A stretch of 62,002 nt of DNA, filler included, from Sandaracinaceae bacterium (lineage in GTDB: Bacteria; Myxococcota_A; Polyangia; Polyangiales; JADJQN01), in the NCBI GenBank assembly GCA_947483975.1. It is 6 parts of 6 records of this genome, joined end to end, with 100 filler letters (N's around TTAATTAATTAA, not from the genome) between each part and the next. Parts side by side here need not be neighbours in the genome. Positions count along the whole stretch, not along the records: positions 1 to 10,431 come from CANKOL010000173.1; 5 more parts are not named here. One strand, given 5' to 3'. Under the pieces are notes generated by a model. The model made no database searches. It was not told the DNA's origin and saw only the letters and a list, made by a program, of their open reading frames with translations. Position numbers and translations under genes: made by a program. Below, one piece after another: positions 1-10,278 of this stretch (within the stretch, counting starts at the first letter, position 1; the number at the start of each line of letters is the position of its first letter).

Positions 1-1310
1 ACGAGCACGGCCGCCGCCCACACGAGCCCCGCGAGCCCACCGGCGGCGCACTCGAGCGGCAGCAGCCAGAGCAAGTACCAAGGGTGCAGCTGCGGCGCGA
101 AGAGGAGCGCGACGAGCAACACGACGCGCGCGGCGAGGAGCGGCTCCGCGCGCCTGCGCACGAGCCAGAGCGCGAGCGCGAGCACGGCGGCGAGCACGAG
201 CGCCCGCGCGAGGAGCCCAGCGACGTACGCGCGCTGAAAGTCCGTGGGGTCGGGCGCGCTCTTCTTTGGGCCGTTGAGCCCGGCGCGCGGGTCGAGCGAG
301 GTCCCGTGGAGCGCCGCGACCACGCCGCGCAGCGCCGGCACGCGCACGTGCGTCGGCGAGGAGTCGCTCAGCCCTGCGACGCCATCGACGACGACGGCGG
401 CGGCGCCCTCGACGACGAAGAACGCGCCCTCGTTGCCTCGCCAATGGCGCGCGTATTGGCCGAGCCCGCCCGGCGCCTCGCGCCCGCCCGAGAGCGCGAG
501 CAGCGGCAGCAGCGAGAGCAGCACCGCGAGCACCGCGGCGCGCCTGTCACGGAGCGCGACGAGCGGCGCGAGCGCGAGCCCGACCAGCTTGGTCGCGCTC
601 GCGAGCAAGAAGAAGAGCGCGGCGACGAGCGCGCGCGAGCGCACGAGCGCCAGCACGCCGGCGGCGAGTAGCAAGCCCGCGACCGCGTCGACGTGCCCGG
701 CGAGCGCGCTCTCCGTCAACGCGAGCGGGCAGAGCGCGAAGACGAGCGTCGCCCGCGCCTTTGCTGCGCCGGGCGCGAGCGCGGCGACGAGCGGCACCGT
801 GCCGAGGTGCGCGGCGAGCATCAGGGCCTTCACCGGCAGCGGCGTGTGCGCGAGCGCGCCGCAGAGCGCGAAGACCGCCTGCGCGAAGGGCGGGTAGATC
901 GTCGGGATCTCGGGGTTGTTCACGCGGCGCCAGAGCGCGTCGCGGAGCGGCGCGAGGTGCGGGTCATCGGGCGCGTAGCGATACGGGCTCACGCCAGCGA
1001 GCGTCACGCGCCCGTCCCAGAGATACCGAAAGACGTCGTCCGAGAGCAGCGGCGGCGCGAGCGTGAGCGCCACCCCGGCGACGAGCGCGCAGCCGAGCCC
1101 CAGCCAGAGCGCCTCGCGCGGGGCGAGCCCTCCGCCCGTGACGACGAGCCCAGCCCACGCGAACGACGCGCCCGCGATGAAGAGCGCCGTCGTCGAGGGT
1201 GAGCCCGAGGTCGCCCCAGTCGCCGCGACGAGCACGAGCAGCGCCGTCGTCGCGAGCGCCGCGAAGTACGCCGCGACGCGGTCCCCCGGCGACGGCAGCG
1301 TGTGGAGCAT
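1..1310 (-). CDS. GT87/DUF2029-like polyprenol-phosphate-dependent membrane glycosyltransferase; 3' end runs off the window
   Basis: Not in the ORF track. Manual minus-strand translation from ATG 1310 gives a hydrophobic protein with LSDDVFRYLWDGRVTLAGVSPYRYAP, NNPEIPTIYPP and LHPWYLLWLLP, typical GT-C/GT87-like motifs. Confidence 0.75.
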   Translation of the reverse strand, partial: MLHTLPSPGDRVAAYFAALATTALLVLVAATGATSGSPSTTALFIAGASFAWAGLVVTGGGLAPREALWLGLGCALVAGVALTLAPPLLSDDVFRYLWDGRVTLAGVSPYRYAPDDPHLAPLRDALWRRVNNPEIPTIYPPFAQAVFALCGALAHTPLPVKALMLAAHLGTVPLVAALAPGAAKARATLVFALCPLALTESALAGHVDAVAGLLLAAGVLALVRSRALVAALFFLLASATKLVGLALAPLVALRDRRAAVLAVLLSLLPLLALSGGREAPGGLGQYARHWRGNEGAFFVVEGAAAVVVDGVAGLSDSSPTHVRVPALRGVVAALHGTSLDPRAGLNGPKKSAPDPTDFQRAYVAGLLARALVLAAVLALALWLVRRRAEPLLAARVVLLVALLFAPQLHPWYLLWLLPLECAAGGLAGLVWAAAVL

Positions 1311-1400
1311 GGACACGACGGAAAGAAGAAGAGGCGCCCGCGGTGTGCGAGCGCCCCTTCGTACGTCACCGCGGCGAGCGCGGCTACGTGGGTTCCCGAA

Positions 1401-2057
1401 TCAGAGCGTGAACGTCGCGACCGGCAGCCGCTGCTGCGGCTGGAGGGTCACGTTGTAGACGCCGTAGATGCGGCCACCGACGGCGATCGACACCGTCGCG
1501 ACGGTCGGGCCTGCGCCACCGCACTCGCCCCAGTAGTGCACTTCGATCTGGTACTGCCCGTGCGGCGGCGTCTGCGTGTCCCAGAAGACGTTCTCGATGG
1601 TGGGGTTGGCCTCACCCTGGCGGCAGTTACCGCGCGCGTCGTGGTCGAGGTGGCCGCCCGAGGCGAGCTGCGTGTTCGAGTAGCTGACCGTCTGGCCCTG
1701 CGGGTCCGTGACGTAGAGGTCGATGTCCGCGGGCGTGTTCCAGCCGAGCGTGATCTGGATGGAGCCGGTCTGATAGCCGCAGCCCTCGTCGATCTGCCCG
1801 TTGCAGTTGTCGTCGAGACCGTTGCACTGCTCAGCCGCGCCCTGCGTGCAGGTCGCCTCGACGACCTGGACGCCCGCGCCCATCTGCGGCGCGTTGACCT
1901 GGATGGTCCCATTGACCTGCGGCGGCGGCTGCCCACCGTTGACGGTGATGGTCGCGGTGGGAGGCGGCGGGGTCGTGACGTACCCGGTCGCGACGAGGCG
2001 ACAGCCGGCGGTTGCGAAGATGATGCTGGAAAGTGCGACAATCGTCTGCTTGTTCAT
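1401..2057 (-). CDS. Lipoprotein with a CNGLDDNC motif and a YfaP/DUF2135-like domain
   Basis: Lipobox TAGC, Pro-rich linker, EQCNGLDDNCNGQIDEGC, then IQITLGWNTPADIDLYVTDP...GHLDHD...ENVFW. Confidence 0.7.
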   Translation of the reverse strand: MNKQTIVALSSIIFATAGCRLVATGYVTTPPPPTATITVNGGQPPPQVNGTIQVNAPQMGAGVQVVEATCTQGAAEQCNGLDDNCNGQIDEGCGYQTGSIQITLGWNTPADIDLYVTDPQGQTVSYSNTQLASGGHLDHDARGNCRQGEANPTIENVFWDTQTPPHGQYQIEVHYWGECGGAGPTVATVSIAVGGRIYGVYNVTLQPQQRLPVATFTL

Positions 2058-2203
2058 TGGACCCCACGCCTCCTGCGGCAGCCACTTGGCCGGCCTTTTG
2101 GCGGGGCGACTCTACGTCGCCCGACCACATATCGTCAAACGGGACCCGGACGCCCCGGGCGCGGACCGCGCGACCCGGTAGACGAAGCCGGGTGCCAGCT
2201 GAT

Positions 2204-3361
2204 TCACGCAGCGTCTTCGAGCGGCGCCGGCGGCTCGCTCGGGCGCGAGAGGCGCTCGCCGAGGATCAGGCGCCGCACGCGCTCGGGGTCACGCACCTCG
2301 AAGAGGATCGGCGGGACGCTGTCCTTCGCGGGCGTGACGCTGCCGAGCGCGCCGCTGTCCCCGAGCGCGCGCGCGTCGGGACCGTCGAGGATCAGGAACA
2401 TCGTGTAGAGCCCGTTCGCTCGCGGCTCCTGCGCGACGTCGACGATGCGGCGGCGATCGACGCTGAGCTCGGTGCGCCCGCGGCGGATCAGCAGGCGCCG
2501 CTCGGTCAGCAGATACTCGGTGTCCCGCACCATCGCGCGGCTGCGAAAGAGCCCGTACCAGAACAGATAGGCGCCGATCGTCAGCAGCGTGCCGAACGCG
2601 AGGAAGGTGCTCGCGAAGAAGAACAGCCACGTCCACGAGCGCACCTGCATCCCGAGCATCTCGAAGCCGAGCAGCTGCGACGCCATGCGCCACTCGTAGA
2701 ACACGGCGAACGCCATCAGACCCGCGCCCGCGATCGCCGTGGACCACTCGCGCCAGTCGAGCGCGACGCGCTCGGGCGCGCCTCCCCAGAGGAGGCTCTC
2801 GTCGGCGTCGAGGCGGTCGGCGAGCTTGACGTCGGTGTCGCCCGCGCGCTCCGAAGGGGCGGCGTCGCGCAGGATCGCGAAGAGCGCGTCGGGCGCCTTC
2901 ACGTCGTGCAGCACGAGGCGCTGCGTGCGCTTGAACGGGCCGAACGGCACCGCGCGCTCGAGCTCGAGGTGGCCGACGCCCGGCGCGCTCGGGTGCCAGG
3001 CGATGCGCGCGAGCGTGACGGCGTGCCGCTCCATCGTCCGGCGAAAGCGCCCGCGCCGCCAGAGCACGCGGCGGTCGGTGACGAGGTACTCGCAGGGGTC
3101 GAGCAGGAAGTACGGCGCGACGTAGAACGCGATCGCCGTCACCGCCAGGTACGCGACCATCGAGAGCGTCGGGCGCATCGCGTGGATGTCCGCCGCGTAG
3201 AGGAGCCCGGCGAAGAGCGCGCTGTCCGCGGCGAGCACGCCGAAGAGGAGCGGCGGCAGCCTCCAGCGCAGCCCGCGCGAGAGCCCGCGCACCGGCCCGC
3301 CATGCCAGAGGACGCGCTCGCTCGGGAGCAGCCGCCAGGATCGTAGGAGCGCGACGTCCAT
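2204..3361 (-). CDS. Membrane protein with a duplicated bacterial PH-like module
   Basis: Two similar halves (ERVLWHGGP / ESLLWGGAP, two TM helices each, EYLVTDRRVL / EYLLTERRLL). Confidence 0.6.
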   Translation of the reverse strand: MDVALLRSWRLLPSERVLWHGGPVRGLSRGLRWRLPPLLFGVLAADSALFAGLLYAADIHAMRPTLSMVAYLAVTAIAFYVAPYFLLDPCEYLVTDRRVLWRRGRFRRTMERHAVTLARIAWHPSAPGVGHLELERAVPFGPFKRTQRLVLHDVKAPDALFAILRDAAPSERAGDTDVKLADRLDADESLLWGGAPERVALDWREWSTAIAGAGLMAFAVFYEWRMASQLLGFEMLGMQVRSWTWLFFFASTFLAFGTLLTIGAYLFWYGLFRSRAMVRDTEYLLTERRLLIRRGRTELSVDRRRIVDVAQEPRANGLYTMFLILDGPDARALGDSGALGSVTPAKDSVPPILFEVRDPERVRRLILGERLSRPSEPPAPLEDAA

Positions 3362-3471
3362 GCGCTTCGGACAGGTTATCAGAGCGAAGGTTCCTGGGCA
3401 CGGGGGCCGCGCTTGCCCGCGGCGAGCCCGGCGAGCCTCGGCGACAGATGACCAAACGGTGACGCCGGTTC

Positions 3472-4521
3472 GTGCGCAGGCCGCGGGCGGGAGGCTTATG
3501 CTCCCCGCAGCCGGGAGCTGCTGTGCCCATCACTGCGATCGTCAACCTCAACGCGAAGAGCGGCTCACAGTCGATGGTGCGCGACATGCGCGCCCTGCTG
3601 CCGAGCGCGAACATCGTGGCGACGAGCTCGGCCCAAGAGGCCGACCGGATGCTCGACAAGCTCGCCGCGTCTCCGCCCCGCATCCTGCTCTCGGGCGGGG
3701 GCGACGGCACCGCGTCGGGCCTGATCACCGGGCTGCGCGCGCGCGACGTCGACCTGCCGGCGCTCGGCATCCTGCCGCTCGGCACGGGCAACGGCTGGGC
3801 GCGCGCGACCGGCATCCGCCGCGTGCGTGAGTCGCTGCGGCACCTCGCGTCGCTCGAGGGCGCGCAGCCGCCGACGCTCGACTTCGATCTCGTCGAGACC
3901 GAGGGGCGCCTCGCGCCGTTCGCGGGCACGGGCTGGGACGCCGAGATCATCAGCGACTACCACCACCGCCGCGACGCGATGCCGGAGGCGGTGCGCGGGC
4001 AGGTCGGGGGGCTGCCAGGCTACCTCGCGAGCATCTTCACCCGCACGATCCCGCGGCACCTCGCGAGCAGCGGCCCGCCGACGGTGCGGCTGATCAACAC
4101 CGGCGAGCCCGCGATGCGCCTCGGCGACGACGGCAAGCCGGTGCTCGTGCCCGGCGGCGAAGCGGGCGCGGTGCTCTACGACGGCCCGATGAGCGTCGCC
4201 GGCGCGTCCACGGTCGAGGAGCTCGGCCTCGGCTTCCGAGCGTTCCCGCACGCGCGGGACGTCGCCGGACGCCTCTGCGCGCGCGTCTATGGCGCGACGC
4301 CGATGGAGGCGACGCTGCGCATCCCGCAGCTCTGGCGCGGGGTCCATCCCCTGCCGAAGAGCCACATCTTCTTCCTCACCTCGTGCCGCTGGGAGTTCGA
4401 TCGCGAGGTGCCCTTCGAGGTCGCCGGCGATCTGCTCGGCGATCGCAAGGTCGTCGAGATGCGCGCCGCGCACACCCGCGCCCCGCTCGTCGACTGGGGC
4501 GCGCTCCGAGCGCAGCACTGA
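3472..4521 (+). CDS. Diacylglycerol/lipid kinase family protein (start uncertain)
   Basis: GGGDGT motif, LGILPLGTGNGWA, FAGTGWDAEI, PFEVAGD. Confidence 0.85.
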   Translation: MRRPRAGGLCSPQPGAAVPITAIVNLNAKSGSQSMVRDMRALLPSANIVATSSAQEADRMLDKLAASPPRILLSGGGDGTASGLITGLRARDVDLPALGILPLGTGNGWARATGIRRVRESLRHLASLEGAQPPTLDFDLVETEGRLAPFAGTGWDAEIISDYHHRRDAMPEAVRGQVGGLPGYLASIFTRTIPRHLASSGPPTVRLINTGEPAMRLGDDGKPVLVPGGEAGAVLYDGPMSVAGASTVEELGLGFRAFPHARDVAGRLCARVYGATPMEATLRIPQLWRGVHPLPKSHIFFLTSCRWEFDREVPFEVAGDLLGDRKVVEMRAAHTRAPLVDWGALRAQH

Positions 4522-4632
4522 GCTGAGCTGAGCTGCGCCGCGGGAGAAGCGACGGTCAGCGCAGGCAGTACTTCCTTGCGGCGCGGATAGCCCCTAAGCT
4601 GCCACTCGGTAGTTTTACGATGGAGGCATTGA

Positions 4633-7074
4633 ATGCGTCTCAGGGGACTTTTGCTGTGCGTGCTGCTCCTCGGCTCGACCTCGGCGTGCTCCGACCCCGC
4701 GACTCCCTCGCGCCCCGGCCCTCGCGACGGCGGGCCAGTCTCCGACGCAGGCCGCGACGGCAGCGCTGACGTCGACGCGGAGGGCCTGCCCGACGCGAAC
4801 CTGCCGGACGCCTCGCCCGATGGCGGCGGGGTCCCGCCGGGCGCCGACGCTGACGGCGACGGAATCCTCAACTCGGTCGAGGGCGCGGCAGACAACGTCG
4901 ACACCGACGGCGACGGCACGCCTGACTACCTCGACTCCGACAGCGACGGCGACGGCCTTCTCGACTCGCTCGAGAGCGGGGCCGCCGCAGGCGCAGCGCC
5001 GGTCGACACCGACCACGACGGCACGCCCGACTTCCGCGACCTCGACAGCGACGGCAACGGAATCCCCGACTCCATCGAAGGCGCGGCCGATCCCGACGGC
5101 GACGGACAGCCCAGCTTCCGCGACCTCGACAACGACGGCGACGCCATCAGCGACATCGTCGAGATCGGCGCGAGCCCGGACGCGCCCTTGGACAGCGACG
5201 GCGACGGCACGCCCGACTACCTCGACCTCGACTCCGACGCAGATGGCATCCCCGATTCCGTCGAGGTTGGCGTCGGCGCGACCCCGCTCGACTCGGACGG
5301 CGACGGCGTCTACGACTTCCGCGACCCGGACAGCGACGGCAACGGCGTGCCCGATTCGCTCGAAGGCGTCGTCGACTCCGACGGCGACGGCCAGCCCGAT
5401 TATCGCGACCTCGACAACGACGGCGACTTCGTCAGCGACGCGGTCGAGGTCGGCCCGGACCCGGCCGCGCCCCTGGACAGCGACCGCGACGGCACGCCCG
5501 ACTACCTCGACCTCGACAGCGATGGGGACACCATCCGCGACCTCGAAGAGGCGTTCCTCCCCGACGACACGGACAGCGACGGCACCCCCGATCGCCTCGA
5601 CCTCGACTCGGACAACGACGGGCTCTCGGACAGCTTCGAGGCGGGCGACGCGAACCTGTTCACGCCCGCGCGCGACACCGATCTCGACGGCGTCCCGGAC
5701 TACCGCGACCCCGACTCCGACAACGACGGACTCTCCGACGCGGCCGAGGTCGCGTACGGCACCAACCCGTACCTCGCCGACACCGACGGGGACGGCGTCA
5801 CCGATCTCATCGAGATCAGCGCCTGCCCGGTAGGCGACGCCACCTGCGCGGCCGACGCGATCACTCCGACCTCGAGCCCACGCACGCGCGGCGACTTCGT
5901 GTTCCTCGAGCCGTTCCTCGCGCCGCCGGAGCCGCTCCGCGACACGCTGTCGTTCGCGACGGATCTGCGCATGGCGGACGTGTACTTCTTGATGGACACG
6001 ACCGGCTCGATGGGCGGCGCGATCGCGTCCCTCAAGTCGGGCCTCTCGACGCCGGGCACTGGGCTGATCGACCGCGTGCGCGCCGTGATCCCGGATGTGT
6101 GGTTCGGCGTCGGCGGCTTCGACGACTACCAGCAGGCGCCCTACGGCTACGCGACCTCGGGGGACCGCGCCTACTACCACCTGCAAGATCTGACGGGCGA
6201 TATCCCGACGGCGCAGGCGGCGGTCAACCGGCTCGCGACGCACTACGGTGGAGACGGCCCCGAGGCGAGCTATCCGTCGCTCTACGCGGTCGCGTCCGGC
6301 AACGGCCTCGCCGGTCCGAGCGGCTGGCCGAGCTCACGCGCGTCGGCGCCTGCGCCGTTCGCGGCGTGCCCGGCCTCGGCCTCGGTGGGCTGGCCGTGCT
6401 TCCGCAATTCGGCGGTCCCGATCGTCGTGACCATCACGGACATCGGCTCCCACAACGGACCGGTCGGTGAGGACACCTACGCGTTCACCGGCGGCGGGGC
6501 GGGCCCGAGCTACTCCGAGGTCGTCGCGGCGGCCAACGCTTCGCGCATCCGCGCGATCGGCATCGCCGTCAGCGGCGGCGGGCGCGCGCACCTGACGTCG
6601 ATGGCCGTGGCGACGGGCGCCGTCGACGCCGCGGGCACGGCGCTCGTCAGCGACTGGTCCGTCGGCTCGCCCATCGGCGACGAGGTCGTCCGGATGATCC
6701 AGACGCTCGCGGACCAGACGCCGCTCGACATCTCGGTCGTCTTCCGCGACGACCCCGCGGACACCGTGGACACGTTCGCCGCCTTCGTCGATCACATCGA
6801 GGCGAACACCGTCGGCGTCCCTGGGCGCTGCGACGCGGTGCCCGCCGTCGACACCAACGGCGACGGCTACCGGGACACCTTCCAGGGGGTGCGCCCGGGC
6901 ACGCCCGTCTGCTTCGACATCATCGTGAAGCAGAACGACACGGTCCCGCCGACGGCTATGCCGCAGATGTTCCGCGCGAACCTCCAGGTGCTCGGCGACG
7001 GGTTCACGCCGCTCGACACGCGCGACATCTTCTTCCTCGTCCCGCCGCTGATTCAGGTCGCGGGCGGAGGCTGA
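4633..7074 (+). CDS. Lipoprotein with many DxDxDG (TSP3-like Ca-binding) repeats and a C-terminal VWA domain
   Basis: GGAGG RBS upstream, lipobox TSAC, more than 15 DSDGDG-type repeats, MIDAS-like DVYFLMDTTGSM, GGDGPE and VTITD. Confidence 0.85.
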   Translation: MRLRGLLLCVLLLGSTSACSDPATPSRPGPRDGGPVSDAGRDGSADVDAEGLPDANLPDASPDGGGVPPGADADGDGILNSVEGAADNVDTDGDGTPDYLDSDSDGDGLLDSLESGAAAGAAPVDTDHDGTPDFRDLDSDGNGIPDSIEGAADPDGDGQPSFRDLDNDGDAISDIVEIGASPDAPLDSDGDGTPDYLDLDSDADGIPDSVEVGVGATPLDSDGDGVYDFRDPDSDGNGVPDSLEGVVDSDGDGQPDYRDLDNDGDFVSDAVEVGPDPAAPLDSDRDGTPDYLDLDSDGDTIRDLEEAFLPDDTDSDGTPDRLDLDSDNDGLSDSFEAGDANLFTPARDTDLDGVPDYRDPDSDNDGLSDAAEVAYGTNPYLADTDGDGVTDLIEISACPVGDATCAADAITPTSSPRTRGDFVFLEPFLAPPEPLRDTLSFATDLRMADVYFLMDTTGSMGGAIASLKSGLSTPGTGLIDRVRAVIPDVWFGVGGFDDYQQAPYGYATSGDRAYYHLQDLTGDIPTAQAAVNRLATHYGGDGPEASYPSLYAVASGNGLAGPSGWPSSRASAPAPFAACPASASVGWPCFRNSAVPIVVTITDIGSHNGPVGEDTYAFTGGGAGPSYSEVVAAANASRIRAIGIAVSGGGRAHLTSMAVATGAVDAAGTALVSDWSVGSPIGDEVVRMIQTLADQTPLDISVVFRDDPADTVDTFAAFVDHIEANTVGVPGRCDAVPAVDTNGDGYRDTFQGVRPGTPVCFDIIVKQNDTVPPTAMPQMFRANLQVLGDGFTPLDTRDIFFLVPPLIQVAGGG

Positions 7075-7186
7075 CGGCCGACCGCGCTCGGAGCGCGCTG
7101 TGGCCCGCCGACGAGGACTCGGTGGACGCGGCGCGCTCGGGGAATCGCGGCGAGTTCAGGTCGCCTGAGCGGGGGTGCCGCGGAGC

Positions 7187-9427
7187 CTAACGCGAGCCGC
7201 TGCGGCGGCGGGCGACCAGCAGGAGGAGCGCCAGGAGGCCCGCCGAGAGCGCCCCAGGACCGACCAAGGTTGAGGCTTGGGGGGCGCCAGGACCGACCAA
7301 GGCTGAGGCTTGGGGGGCGCCAGGACCGACCGAGGTTGCCGAGCAGCCCACCCGGCCGACCAGCTCGAGGTCGCGCCGGAGGGCGCCTCCGCCGGCGACG
7401 CGCAGCGAAGCGCTCGCGACCTCGGCGGGCACGGGCGCGCGACCGAGGTTGGGCGCGAGCCACAGGCGCCCGAAGCCTTGGCCGGTCGAGAGCCAGCACT
7501 TCAGGCCGTCGACGTCGAGGGCGCAGAGGTCGGCGCGGCCGTCGCCGCTCACGTCCGCGAGGCGGAGCGAGCGGTAGCGCGCGGCGGCGCTCCAGCCGGC
7601 GGCGTCGCTCAGGGCGGGGCCGGGGACGCGCCGCGAGAAGCCGTGCGCGTCGGCGAGCCAGCAGGCGACGCCCGAGGGCTCGCGCAGGCAGAGGTCGTCG
7701 CGCCCGTCGCCGTCGACGTCACCGAGGCGCAGCGTCGACGAGACGTCGAGGCGGTCGTGCGCGGCGCCCGCGCGGGGACCGAGCAAGAGGTCGCCGAAGC
7801 CGTGCCCCTCGAAGGGCGCGCAGGCGAAGGCGTCGTCGGTGCGGATGCAGGCGTCGGCGCGACCGTCGCCGGTGACGTCGCCGAGGCGCAGCGTGCCCCA
7901 GCGCGAGAGCGCGCCGAAGCCGCGGGCGTCGCTCCAGCGCGGGCCGCGGAGGCGCTCGCCGAAGTGGTCGCCGACCGAGCGCCAGCAGTCGAGGCCGTCG
8001 GCGTCGCGCGCGCAGACGTCCGTGCGCCCGTCGCCGTCGAGGTCGGCGAAGCGCACGGAGCCGTAGTGCGTGATGTCGCTGAAGCCCGCCGCGTCGCCGA
8101 GCGCGGTCAGCGTCGTGCCCGCGCCGAAGCCATGCGCGCCGCCGCGGTAGCAGGTGAGCCCCGCCGCGTCGCGCACGCACGCTTCGAGGCGCGCGTCGCC
8201 GTCGACGTCGACGAGCGCGAGCAGCGTCATGCCGCGCAGCGACGGGCCGAGGATGCGCTCACCGAACGCGTCGCCCGTCGAGCGCCAGCAAACGAGGCGG
8301 TCGCCCAACCGCCCGCAGACGTCGGCGCGCCCATCGCCGTCGAGGTCGCCCATGCGCAGCGTCGACACGCTCTCGAGGTCCGTGCCCTCGAGGTCCGTGC
8401 CCGTGAGCGCCCCCGCGAACGCCTCCGCGCCCGCGACGACGCACGCGAAGCCGCCCGCGGTGAACGCACACGCGTCCGCGCGCCCGTCGCCGCTGACGTC
8501 CGTGTCGGCCGAGCCGCCGACCAGCGAGCCGGCGTAGAGCACCTCGTCGCGCTCGCAGACCTGCTCGTCGTCGACGACGCCCTCGCAGTCGTCGTCGAGG
8601 CCGTTGCAGACCTCGTCCGCCGGGCCCACCTCGCCGACGCAGGCGCCCCACGCGCCGCCGCCGCACGTCGTGACGCCCGCGACGCACTCGCCGACGTCCG
8701 TGCCGCAGCCCTGCCGCAGGTCCTCGTCGACGGCGCCGTCGCAGTCGTCGTCGACGTCGTTGCACAGCTCGGGCGACGGCGTGCAGCGGTCCTGGCAGCT
8801 CCCCCCAGGGCTGCCGCCGTACGGGCCCTGCGACATCCAGAGCGAGTTGCTGCGCCCGCACGGCCCCTCGAACGGATCGCTCGCGCTCCGAGCGCCGGGC
8901 GAGCGGTGGCCGAAGTGCAGGTGCGGGCCGGTGCTCGAGCCGCTCGACGCGGACTCGCCGATCTGCGTGCCGCAGGCGACGTGATCGCCGCGGCCGAGGT
9001 GAATCGAGTCGAACCTCATGTGGCAGTACGTCGTCCGCGAGCCGTCGAAGTGGTCGATCATGATGTGGTTGCCGCAGTACCCGCCGCACGGGTTGCCGAG
9101 GTAGCCATAGTCGTCGCAGCCCTTGAACGCCTCGACGACGGTGCCCTCCGCGGCGGCGAGCACGGTGGTCCCGACGGCGAACGCGAAGTCCGAGCCGGTG
9201 TGCCCCGTGTAGCAGTTCCCGCCGCACGCCCAGTCGGTGCACGCGCCGCCGTGATCGAAGTACGCGCTCACGCGGCGGCTGCCGTAGAACGGCGCCCGAT
9301 AGCGCACGTCCTGCGCGGCGGCGGGCGGCGCGGCGAGGAGCACGGCGGCGAGCAGCTCCACGAAGACGAGCAGCGCCGCACCGCGCGGCCTCGCGCTCGG
9401 GAGCGCCTCTCGACGAGGAGCGCTCAT
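7187..9427 (-). CDS. Secreted M23 metallopeptidase with CNGxDDxC motifs, FG-GAP/VCBS-like repeats and a MYXO-CTERM-like tail
   Basis: HTGSD, YCHM and GPHLHF zinc motifs; repeated GD(L/V)DGDGRAD(V/L)C; GC followed by a hydrophobic helix and RRRSGSR. Confidence 0.8.
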   Translation of the reverse strand: MSAPRREALPSARPRGAALLVFVELLAAVLLAAPPAAAQDVRYRAPFYGSRRVSAYFDHGGACTDWACGGNCYTGHTGSDFAFAVGTTVLAAAEGTVVEAFKGCDDYGYLGNPCGGYCGNHIMIDHFDGSRTTYCHMRFDSIHLGRGDHVACGTQIGESASSGSSTGPHLHFGHRSPGARSASDPFEGPCGRSNSLWMSQGPYGGSPGGSCQDRCTPSPELCNDVDDDCDGAVDEDLRQGCGTDVGECVAGVTTCGGGAWGACVGEVGPADEVCNGLDDDCEGVVDDEQVCERDEVLYAGSLVGGSADTDVSGDGRADACAFTAGGFACVVAGAEAFAGALTGTDLEGTDLESVSTLRMGDLDGDGRADVCGRLGDRLVCWRSTGDAFGERILGPSLRGMTLLALVDVDGDARLEACVRDAAGLTCYRGGAHGFGAGTTLTALGDAAGFSDITHYGSVRFADLDGDGRTDVCARDADGLDCWRSVGDHFGERLRGPRWSDARGFGALSRWGTLRLGDVTGDGRADACIRTDDAFACAPFEGHGFGDLLLGPRAGAAHDRLDVSSTLRLGDVDGDGRDDLCLREPSGVACWLADAHGFSRRVPGPALSDAAGWSAAARYRSLRLADVSGDGRADLCALDVDGLKCWLSTGQGFGRLWLAPNLGRAPVPAEVASASLRVAGGGALRRDLELVGRVGCSATSVGPGAPQASALVGPGAPQASTLVGPGALSAGLLALLLLVARRRSGSR
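7254..7331. repeat. 33-nt in-frame tandem duplication (about 2.4 copies, VGPGAPQAS) in the M23 protein tail
   Basis: ccaggaccgaccaaggYtgaggcttggggggcg repeated. Confidence 0.85.
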
Positions 9428-10278
9428 GGGCGCGCCTCACGGACGCGGAGCGTGTGCGGCTGTCGGCGCTCGTCCTCGAAGGAGAGCGTCGTGCCGTCGA
9501 AGCGCGGCGCGTTCGTCGAGCCCGGGAACACGCCCTCGTCGACGAGCAGCCGGGGCGCGCCCCCCACGGTGATCGCGTAGAGCCGCGACACGCCGCTGAC
9601 GCCCGACACGAACACCGCCTCGCGCCCATCGGGGCTGAGCGCGGGGCACCACACGGGCGCCATCCCCGTCGTCCAAGCGCGCGCCGTGCCCGTCGTCAGC
9701 TCGGCGACGGCGAGCTCGTAGTCGGGCATCTCGCCGCGCACGTACGCGACCGCGTGCGCCGTCGTCGAGAGCGGCCCCTGCGCGCTCGGGTCGAGCTCGA
9801 GCGTCCGCCCCCCGACGTGCGCGCGGAGCACGTGGTCCACGCCGAGGATGACGATCGCGTCGCCCGCGAACGCCGCCATCAGCACGCGCGCGCCCTCGAG
9901 CGCCGGGTCGAGCGGCTGGCCGTCGCGCTCCGTGCGGAGCGAGAGCGCGAGCTCGACGCCGGTGTTCGGGATCGGCTCGTTGAGCGCGCGCCCGAGCAGG
10001 CGCGCCCCGTCCGCGCGCACGTCGAGGACGCGCTCGTCGTCGTACGCCGCCGCGATGGGCGCGGGCGTGGCGCTCGGTGTCGTGGTGTTCAGTGCTTCGG
10101 CATTGGATGGCGCGCTGCCCCGCACGTCGACGACGAGCGGCTGCTGAACGCGCGCCGACGAGTCCGCGGCGCCGCGACAGCCGCCGAGCGCGAGCGTGAG
10201 CAGCGCGAGCGCGAACGACGACCGCGCGCCGCTGAGCCCCGCATCGCTGAGCCGCGCGCCGCTCACTCGGCGAGCCAA
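9424..10278 (-). CDS. Putative lipoprotein with TolB/PD40-like repeats (start uncertain)
   Basis: LGGC lipobox, PALSPDGREAVFVS, APRFDG; overlaps the M23 start (ATGA). Confidence 0.6.
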   Translation of the reverse strand: MARRVSGARLSDAGLSGARSSFALALLTLALGGCRGAADSSARVQQPLVVDVRGSAPSNAEALNTTTPSATPAPIAAAYDDERVLDVRADGARLLGRALNEPIPNTGVELALSLRTERDGQPLDPALEGARVLMAAFAGDAIVILGVDHVLRAHVGGRTLELDPSAQGPLSTTAHAVAYVRGEMPDYELAVAELTTGTARAWTTGMAPVWCPALSPDGREAVFVSGVSGVSRLYAITVGGAPRLLVDEGVFPGSTNAPRFDGTTLSFEDERRQPHTLRVREARP

